A program made the translations under genes and the position numbers. From a candidate division WOR-3 bacterium (lineage in GTDB: Bacteria; Hydrothermota; Hydrothermia; JBDRYB01): a stretch of 48,534 nucleotides of DNA. The DNA lies in NCBI GenBank assembly GCA_039803205.1, contig JBDRYB010000013.1:1-48534 (forward strand), read 5' to 3'. The notes under the pieces were generated by a model. The model worked only from the letters and a program-made list of their open reading frames with translations, did no database searches and had not been told where the DNA came from. Within the stretch, counting starts at the first letter, position 1; each line of letters starts with the position of its first letter. Below are positions 1 to 6,268 of the stretch, piece by piece.

Positions 1-52
1 AACATGGCTGAGAATGGCTACTACAGCCCCATAACCCTGGGACGATTATGGC

Positions 53-106
53 TATGTGCTTGTGCCACAAGGACTTTGAACGAACTCCTTGTCCAACAAG
101 GACTTA
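53..106. promoter_or_regulatory. Tandem pair of imperfect palindromes (AAGTCCTT-N7-AAGGACTT family), putative operator
   Basis: TATGTGCTT-GTGCCAC-AAGGACTTT (53-77) and GAACTCCTT-GTCCAAC-AAGGACTTA (82-106). The same motif occurs at 42002, 42444, 42474, 47182 and 47212. Confidence 0.55.
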
Positions 107-145
107 CGGGGGGTTAGAAATGGGCCATGTCAGTCAGGGACGGCC

Positions 146-174
146 TTGACAGTCCATGAAAAGTTTGTTATAAT
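146..174 (+). promoter_or_regulatory. Sigma70-type promoter
   Basis: TTGACA (146-151), 17 nt, TATAAT (169-174) with extended -10 TG; GGGAGG SD before ATG 204. Confidence 0.85.
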
Positions 175-203
175 ATATAGCCTCACATGAAGGGAGGTGT
201 GAT

Positions 204-1922
204 ATGATAAATGTATTGATGTTGATAGAAATGGTGGGGCCCGTTCCGAGAGGGCCCGTGATGAGAAATGAAGCAGGACGCCCTGAGGGACCCAAAGCAG
301 TTAGGGGCGCGCCCCTTCAATCCGTAAGCGTGGAGAACGAAGTACCGAAGTATAGCCCATTCCGGCCTCTTGCCCCAGGGGATGGGTGGATTCCGCCGAC
401 AAATGTAAGATACACGGCCGAGGACGAATGGACACCCATGATAGCCGTTGACGCAAATGGCGTTCTTTGGGCCACCAATAATTGCGTCTGGGCTTCATAT
501 AACGGTTATTACAGCACGGTTGAGATATGCCGCTCCACGGATCAGGGTTTAACATGGACCAGGACGAACTACATATATCTGACCGGGGTTGACCTCGGCG
601 ACCCTGTGATAGCCATAGATGTTGGGAGAAACCCGAACAAGATGTATCTTTCCTTCTGGGCCGATTACTTCACTGACTATGATATGGCTTGGGCTACATA
701 TGATATATCCGGAACCTCGCTTACAAATTTTTCCTCCGGCTGGCTTGAAAGCTCCCCCTCTTATAACTCTGGACCCTCCATAGCCATGGTTGAACGAGGA
801 TATGCTACAAACTACGCGTTCATAGCTTGGGAGTTTCAGTCAGGTTCCCAGTATTCCATCAGGGTCGCAAGGACCACGAACTATGGCTCATCATGGAGCA
901 TATTGGATGCCTATGCTCCATTCTCAGGTTGGTATTGCGGCCAGGTTTGGGGCAATGCCGGGAACAACACAAATCCTTGCGTCCTGATTAACTACAAGCT
1001 CAACATAGGTTCATCAAGCTGGTCAACCGCGACCGTAGCTGGCCTTCTGGTATCCACGGACCGCGGAGCGAGCTGGCCCATCAACTGGCAGGCCAACTTC
1101 AGCCCGAACTATATCTTTCAGACTGCCTCAGCCATAGGTTTCGGGACCAATTATGTGGTATGGGCCATCCAGGTCAACCCAAACAGCAGCGACGGTAACA
1201 TCTACATTTATTACTCCACTGACAGGTGCGCCAGCTGGTCAACTGGGTATTATCTTGAGAACGATATGATCACCCCAAAGGACTCACGAATGCCAATTGT
1301 CTACGCGGACGGAATGCAGCAAACCAACTTCACATCCCGATACTTCTACATCGGGTTTTACAGGGAGACAAACTCCCTTTCCGGGATAGGCAACTACTTC
1401 TTCAAGATGGCTCCGGTTTCCTCTGCATCAAGCGCGAGCAGCTGGATAAAACCTCCTAATGCGGATACTTTTGCCATAGCTAATGAGAACCAATATAGCG
1501 TCAAAGAGTCAAACTGGGCACAGCTGCACCTTACTTCTTTTATACGGAACGGGGGATATACCCCTGGCCTGGTTTGGAATCACGAATATTCCTCCACCGA
1601 TCACGACATACACTTCACCAGAACCCTTGATCCGCTCTATGAGGATATTGGGGAAGATGCAGGTTCATCTGAATTCTATGCCAGGCAGATCGGCGGGCCA
1701 TCAGGGGATAAACTCCTCCTTGAGATAGGATTGCCCGAAGGGGGTCTTGTTAACCTTACCATTTACGAACCGACAGGCCGAACAATGTTCTCTGATGAGC
1801 TTAACCTCTCCGCCGGCGTTCATCGCATCCAGAAGGACATACACGGGCTCTCTCCTGGGGTTTATTTCCTGAGGGTTTCCGCACAGATGGGCGAGGTGAT
1901 GGGCAAGATCATGGTTAGATAA
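204..1922 (+). CDS. Secreted BNR/Asp-box (sialidase-like) beta-propeller protein with T9SS-type C-terminal sorting domain
   Basis: Asp-boxes STDQGLTW, TTNYGSSW, STDRGASW, STDRCASW; C-terminus IYEPTGR...LSPGVYFLRV...KIMVR. Confidence 0.75.
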   Translation: MINVLMLIEMVGPVPRGPVMRNEAGRPEGPKAVRGAPLQSVSVENEVPKYSPFRPLAPGDGWIPPTNVRYTAEDEWTPMIAVDANGVLWATNNCVWASYNGYYSTVEICRSTDQGLTWTRTNYIYLTGVDLGDPVIAIDVGRNPNKMYLSFWADYFTDYDMAWATYDISGTSLTNFSSGWLESSPSYNSGPSIAMVERGYATNYAFIAWEFQSGSQYSIRVARTTNYGSSWSILDAYAPFSGWYCGQVWGNAGNNTNPCVLINYKLNIGSSSWSTATVAGLLVSTDRGASWPINWQANFSPNYIFQTASAIGFGTNYVVWAIQVNPNSSDGNIYIYYSTDRCASWSTGYYLENDMITPKDSRMPIVYADGMQQTNFTSRYFYIGFYRETNSLSGIGNYFFKMAPVSSASSASSWIKPPNADTFAIANENQYSVKESNWAQLHLTSFIRNGGYTPGLVWNHEYSSTDHDIHFTRTLDPLYEDIGEDAGSSEFYARQIGGPSGDKLLLEIGLPEGGLVNLTIYEPTGRTMFSDELNLSAGVHRIQKDIHGLSPGVYFLRVSAQMGEVMGKIMVR

Positions 1923-1954
1923 CCCGCTTTTAATAGCGTGGTTTGGGTTATGGA

Positions 1955-1984
1955 GGCCCTGGCGCGAAAGTGCCAGGGCTTTTA
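1955..1984 (+). terminator. Rho-independent terminator
   Basis: GGCCCTGGCGC-GAAA-GTGCCAGGGCT followed by a T run. Confidence 0.85.
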
Positions 1985-2051
1985 TTGTGTCTCGTTTGGT
2001 CGGGCCACTTATTGGGCCTTGGATTCACCACTTCCGGGTTAAAATTGGGCC

Positions 2052-2080
2052 TTGACAATCCAGGCCAAAACCGTTATAAT
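2052..2080 (+). promoter_or_regulatory. Sigma70-type promoter
   Basis: TTGACA (2052-2057), 17 nt, TATAAT (2075-2080). Confidence 0.85.
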
Positions 2081-2143
2081 TTTGAAGCTTATGCTTTTGT
2101 GGTTTTTGGAGCTGGAAACAAAACCATATATGGGAGGTGTTTT

Positions 2144-4450
2144 ATGTCTTACATCATAGCTTTTGCGATAGCGGCTGGCATAGGGCCAGGTAGGGCCAGC
2201 TCAGCCACAGGGATAAACCCAAGCGCTGATTCGGCCGATGTCAAGGCCACTCCGCCGGTCATCGTCAACTTCCAGGGCCACCTGAGACAAGGGATGAACA
2301 TCGTCAACGGGACATACTCCATGACCTTCAGGCTTTACGACGCGGCCGCAGGCGGCAACCTCCTCCAGACCATGGGTCCCTGGAATGTGAATGTGGCGAA
2401 CGGGGTCTTCAATGTTGAGCTGCCTATAACCCAGGCCAACATCCTGAACTACACCAACCTCTGGATTGAGGTGGAGATTCCCGGCCTCGGCGGAATTTAC
2501 TCTCCTCGTGTAAAGATAAACTCCGCGGCTTTCGCTTATAACGCCTTCATGTCCGATTCCACTCAGCGGATAAGGAACAAGGGCGTAACCCCTGAGGACC
2601 TCATGATGAGCGCGGCTAATCCCAACCAAGCCGCGAACTTTGACCTGAACGCGAACGGACGCATAGACGCGGCCCTCCTTGATGTGCCAGCTTCAGGGAC
2701 GGATCCGGGGTATATATGGAACCAGTTTGCTTCGGCTCAGACCCCTGCTGACTTCTGGATCAGCGGCCGTGGCAGGGCCGGTTCCCCCACAGGTATGTTC
2801 GGACAACTATACTATCAGGGCGGAGGCGGCGGAACGGATAACGGCGGCGTTTATGGCCAGCACAGCAATACCACTGCCTATGGTTACCTTGGCGTCCAGA
2901 ACGCGGTCCTCGGCAATGTAGGCGTCCTGGGCAACGGCGGAAACGATGGCGTATTCGGCCAGAACAACGCTGATTACCTGAGCGGCGCGGGCGTTGAGGG
3001 TTACTCTGCGTTTGCGGCCTCAGGAATAGGTGGCCTGTTCACGGGGAACGCCTCGGCCAGCTCCTATGTGTTTAGCACTGGCGGCGGCGTGTATGGCACC
3101 GGGACAAACTATGGTGTTGCGGGCTTCAGCAATACCACTGCTACCAATGGCGCAGGCGTCCGTGGCACCTCGCTGAACGCGGCCTCCGGGATAGGCGTAG
3201 TTGGAGCTGGTAACAACCTTATTCCGACAGTCCCCAGCGCTGGCTGTGGTGTTGCCGGAACCGGTGACACGGTCGGAACCTTCGGCTACGCGACCCTTGC
3301 TGGTGGCATGGGCGTCTGGGGTGTAGGCGCGAACGCGAGCTCAAACGGGGTCTATGGCCAATCCCCTGGAACAAACGCCTGGGCCGCAATAGAGGGATTT
3401 GCGACTAATTCCGCGGGTATGGGCATAAACGGCATAGGCAACAACCTCGGGAGTATATATTATCCGAGTAGCGGTGCTGGTGTTGTTGGTAACGGAACTG
3501 TGCTTGGGGTAGTTGGCTACGGAATCAACAATGGAAGCGCTGGTGTTTATGGCACAACCTTTTCTGGAACTGATGCCTTGGGGGCAAGTGTAGAAGGTTA
3601 TACCGGAACCATGGGCAACTGGGCCGGATATTTTGATGCGCCAGGAAGACCTAGTAACACTGCTATAGGTGCAGTTCCAACACTTCAGTCAATCTGTAAC
3701 GACGGAGGATATGCTATAGCTATACTTGGAGTTACCAGAGGTGGAGGTTTAATATGGTCTAGCAGTATGGAAATAGGGGTTGAAGGTGCTGCCACTGGTA
3801 ACAACGCCGGAATAGGGGTTTTGGGATATAATAACGGAGGAAGCTCCGCCGCGTATGCTGGGTATTTCTACGGAGATGTCTATGTGTCTGGAGACTTTTC
3901 CGTGGGAGGAGCGAAAGCTAATGTTATCAAGCTGGACGATGGAACCTGGGTTGAGATGTATGCTAACGAGTCTCCATATACCGAATATACTTATTATGGA
4001 ACCGCGAAGCTCAACAATGGCGAAGCGCATGTGACTTTGGAATATCCGTATCCTCAAACGATCTCCGACGAGATCCCTGTCAAAGTAATTGTTACTCCTG
4101 TGGGTTCCTGGAGTGGTATCTATGTGGTAGAGGCAAACAAATACGGTTTCACAGTCAAGTGTGGAGCTGGGGATCCCAACGCCACTTTCAATTACCAGGT
4201 TGTAGGTAGGCGCAAGGGTTATGAGAATCATGTGGATTATGAAGAGCTGACCGCGACTCGGGAAAAATTCGAGAGGTCTCTCAGTGTAGCTATCCCAGCA
4301 GCTGCCAGTATGATCGACTCCAGGTCTGATACTCGCTCCAAGTCTGTCCAGGTGATCACTTCCTCTAGCGAGGTGAAGACCATCAAAACCACCCACAAGC
4401 GCACGCCTGTTGATGCCAAGGAGCTCATTAGCGAAGAAGAGGTGAAATAA
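2144..4450 (+). CDS. Secreted glycine-rich repeat fibre/adhesin-like protein (tail-fibre-like architecture)
   Basis: Start moved from 1943 to ATG 2144 (SD GGGAGG, downstream of promoter, signal peptide MSYIIAFAIAAG). N-terminal NFQGHL...MTFRLYD...GVFNVEL domain, many GxGVxG repeats, C-terminal ESP...GTAKLNNG...FNYQVVGRRKGYE domain. Confidence 0.7.
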   Translation: MSYIIAFAIAAGIGPGRASSATGINPSADSADVKATPPVIVNFQGHLRQGMNIVNGTYSMTFRLYDAAAGGNLLQTMGPWNVNVANGVFNVELPITQANILNYTNLWIEVEIPGLGGIYSPRVKINSAAFAYNAFMSDSTQRIRNKGVTPEDLMMSAANPNQAANFDLNANGRIDAALLDVPASGTDPGYIWNQFASAQTPADFWISGRGRAGSPTGMFGQLYYQGGGGGTDNGGVYGQHSNTTAYGYLGVQNAVLGNVGVLGNGGNDGVFGQNNADYLSGAGVEGYSAFAASGIGGLFTGNASASSYVFSTGGGVYGTGTNYGVAGFSNTTATNGAGVRGTSLNAASGIGVVGAGNNLIPTVPSAGCGVAGTGDTVGTFGYATLAGGMGVWGVGANASSNGVYGQSPGTNAWAAIEGFATNSAGMGINGIGNNLGSIYYPSSGAGVVGNGTVLGVVGYGINNGSAGVYGTTFSGTDALGASVEGYTGTMGNWAGYFDAPGRPSNTAIGAVPTLQSICNDGGYAIAILGVTRGGGLIWSSSMEIGVEGAATGNNAGIGVLGYNNGGSSAAYAGYFYGDVYVSGDFSVGGAKANVIKLDDGTWVEMYANESPYTEYTYYGTAKLNNGEAHVTLEYPYPQTISDEIPVKVIVTPVGSWSGIYVVEANKYGFTVKCGAGDPNATFNYQVVGRRKGYENHVDYEELTATREKFERSLSVAIPAAASMIDSRSDTRSKSVQVITSSSEVKTIKTTHKRTPVDAKELISEEEVK

Positions 4451-4452
4451 CC

Positions 4453-5079
4453 ATGTCCGGCCCCCTTTTGATCCTAGCCCTGAGCTTTGGCTTGTCCCCT
4501 GTGCAGGGGCCCACGAAGCTCGTGAGCCAGCCGAGCTACGAGCCATTTGTGCCCCTCGCCGCGGACTCCATTGACTTCTGGGTGATAATAGGAAATGGAG
4601 GCTCATCCGACTCCATATTCGGGCTTCAGCCCTCCCCGAACCCTAACAACTACTACCTCGGGGTCACGGTCGGCGAACCCTGCAACCAGATAAGCTACGC
4701 TGGCGCGGGGAGCTACGCGGGATACTTTGGGTTCTGGTGGCCCTTCCTCCGGCCCCTCTACGAGGGCGTAGAGGAGGAGCCCGGAGCCGGCTCCCAGAGG
4801 TTCATCACATTCCTGGGGCCGCCTTCGCCGAATCCCTCAAAGGGAAGGGTTACCATACAGTATGGGGTTGCGGATGAGCGAGATGTGTCCCTGGCTGTGT
4901 ATGACCTGTCAGGGCGCCTGGTGAAGAACCTCGCGAGAGGAAAACCTGGTCCTGGCAATTACACCGTTATCTGGACAGGCGAATCCGAAACGGGAACCCC
5001 TGTCGCGCAGGGACTCTACATCCTGAGATACGAGGCGGGAGACTACAAGAAGGTTGAGAAACTGCTCATGGTGAGATAG
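4453..5079 (+). CDS. Small secreted partner protein with FlgD-Ig/T9SS-type C-terminal domain
   Basis: Signal peptide; GFWW motif; PNPSKG...VYDLSGRLVKNL...WTG...GLYILR. Starts 2 nt after the upstream stop. Confidence 0.75.
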   Translation: MSGPLLILALSFGLSPVQGPTKLVSQPSYEPFVPLAADSIDFWVIIGNGGSSDSIFGLQPSPNPNNYYLGVTVGEPCNQISYAGAGSYAGYFGFWWPFLRPLYEGVEEEPGAGSQRFITFLGPPSPNPSKGRVTIQYGVADERDVSLAVYDLSGRLVKNLARGKPGPGNYTVIWTGESETGTPVAQGLYILRYEAGDYKKVEKLLMVR

Positions 5080-5104
5080 AAACTCCGTCTGAGGTCTGTT
5101 TAAT

Positions 5105-5139
5105 GGCCCCGGTGTCCTAGGCGCCGGGGCCTGTGTTTG
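5105..5139 (+). terminator. Probable terminator hairpin
   Basis: GGCCCCGGTGTC-CTA-GGCGCCGGGGCC (12-bp stem with two G-U pairs) followed by TGTGTTTG. Confidence 0.65.
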
Positions 5140-5142
5140 TAT

Positions 5143-5357
5143 CTCAGGTTAGCTCGGGGCCACCGCGCCCCGATGATTTTCCCAGGGCACAGGGGCCCTG
5201 GGCTAACCGATATTCTTATGGCCACCGCGCCCCGAAAATCCCCCAGGGCACAGGGGCCCTGGGCTAACCGATATTCTTATGGCCACCGCGCCCCGATGAT
5301 TCCCCAGGGCACAGGGGCCCTGGGCTAACCGATGTTCTTATGGCCATCGCACCCCGA
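5143..5357. repeat. Left REP/REPIN tandem array (3 full ~61-62 bp units plus a partial unit)
   Basis: Unit GGCCACCGCGCCCCGATGATTCCCCAGGGCACAGGGGCCCTGGGCTAACCGATATTCTTAT at 5158, 5220 and 5281; degenerate partial unit at 5342. Confidence 0.95.
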
Positions 5358-5828
5358 CCCATAATCAAGGAATTCATGATAACTTGACCACCTGTATTCC
5401 GAGGGATCAAGAACCAATCCCGCCCTTACCGGATTCATGTGGATGTAATTTATCTTCTCCTTTATCTTCCTCTGATTGAACATTGGGAAATCATATGTCC
5501 CTCTTTGCCATACCCTTATTCTTCGGGGGCCACCGGTTATGTGCTCTGATATTTTGGCTGCAGTATGACTCTTTATCCTGTGCATAATGGTTGATATCTC
5601 AAGAAGAGGATTTATTTCTTTGTCCCACCAGAATATTGCGTGCATGTGATCCGGCATGAGAACCCAGGCTATTGTTTCAAACCCAAGTCTTCGTTCGTAA
5701 AACTTCAGATCCTCCACGAATATCTCGCAACACGCATCATCCCTGAAAAATGGGATCAGATTAAAGGTTTTAGTAGTAACGAAGTGCGCATAGGAATCCT
5801 CATTGAATTTGGGCAGCTTTTTTGCCAC
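5325..5828 (-). CDS. rayT: REP-associated tyrosine transposase (RAYT / TnpA-REP, Y1 HUH endonuclease)
   Basis: HFVT, WVLMPDHMH (HUH), WQRGTYD, YIHMNPVRAGLV..P..YRWSSY; flanked by REP arrays. Start probably GTG 5828 (TATAAT 6 nt upstream); the ORF track starts at 5873. Confidence 0.9.
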   Translation of the reverse strand: MAKKLPKFNEDSYAHFVTTKTFNLIPFFRDDACCEIFVEDLKFYERRLGFETIAWVLMPDHMHAIFWWDKEINPLLEISTIMHRIKSHTAAKISEHITGGPRRIRVWQRGTYDFPMFNQRKIKEKINYIHMNPVRAGLVLDPSEYRWSSYHEFLDYGSGCDGHKNIG

Positions 5829-5886
5829 CGCGAAATTATAAGCCTGAAGGTAAGTGGTATTCCATTTTGGCACTATTCCAGGTATT

Positions 5887-6241
5887 CTCAGGTTAGCTCG
5901 GGGCCACCGCGCCCCGATGATTTTCCCAGGGCACAGGGCCCTGGGCTAACCGATATTCTTATGGCCACCGCGCCCCGATGATTCTCCCAGGGCACAGGGG
6001 CCTTGGGCTAACCGATATTCTTATGGCCACCGCGCCCCGATGATTCCCCAGGGCACAGGGGCCCTGGGCTAACCGATATTCTTATGGCCACCGCGCCCCG
6101 ATGATTCTCCCAGGGCACAGGGGCCCTGGGCTAACCGATATTCTTATGGCCACCGCGCCCCGATGATTCCCCAGGGCACAGGGGCCCTGGGCTAACCCCT
6201 CAGGGGCCCTGGGCTAACCCCTCAGGGGCCCTGGGCTAACC
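5887..6241. repeat. Right REP/REPIN tandem array (5 units plus two 22-bp truncated units)
   Basis: Units at 5902, 5963, 6025, 6086 and 6148; then CCTCAGGGGCCCTGGGCTAACC twice (6198-6241). Same orientation as the left array. Confidence 0.95.
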
Positions 6242-6268
6242 GATTGTTGTTTGGCTTATAATTTACGG

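Noticed and set aside
1943..2143. N-terminal extension of the fibre gene in the ORF track
   Set aside because: Spans a terminator and a consensus promoter; SD and signal peptide point to ATG 2144.
5137..5328. 63-aa ORF (and ORF 5640-5981) with repeated peptides
   Set aside because: Translation of the repeat arrays or antisense to rayT.
5325..5828. IS200/IS605 element with TnpB
   Set aside because: No tnpB; motifs (WQ..YD, YIHxNPV.AGLV) and flanking REPs fit RAYT better.
5143..6241. CRISPR array
   Set aside because: Units are near-identical along their whole length with no unique spacers, and no cas genes are present; the adjacent RAYT explains them as REP-type repeats.
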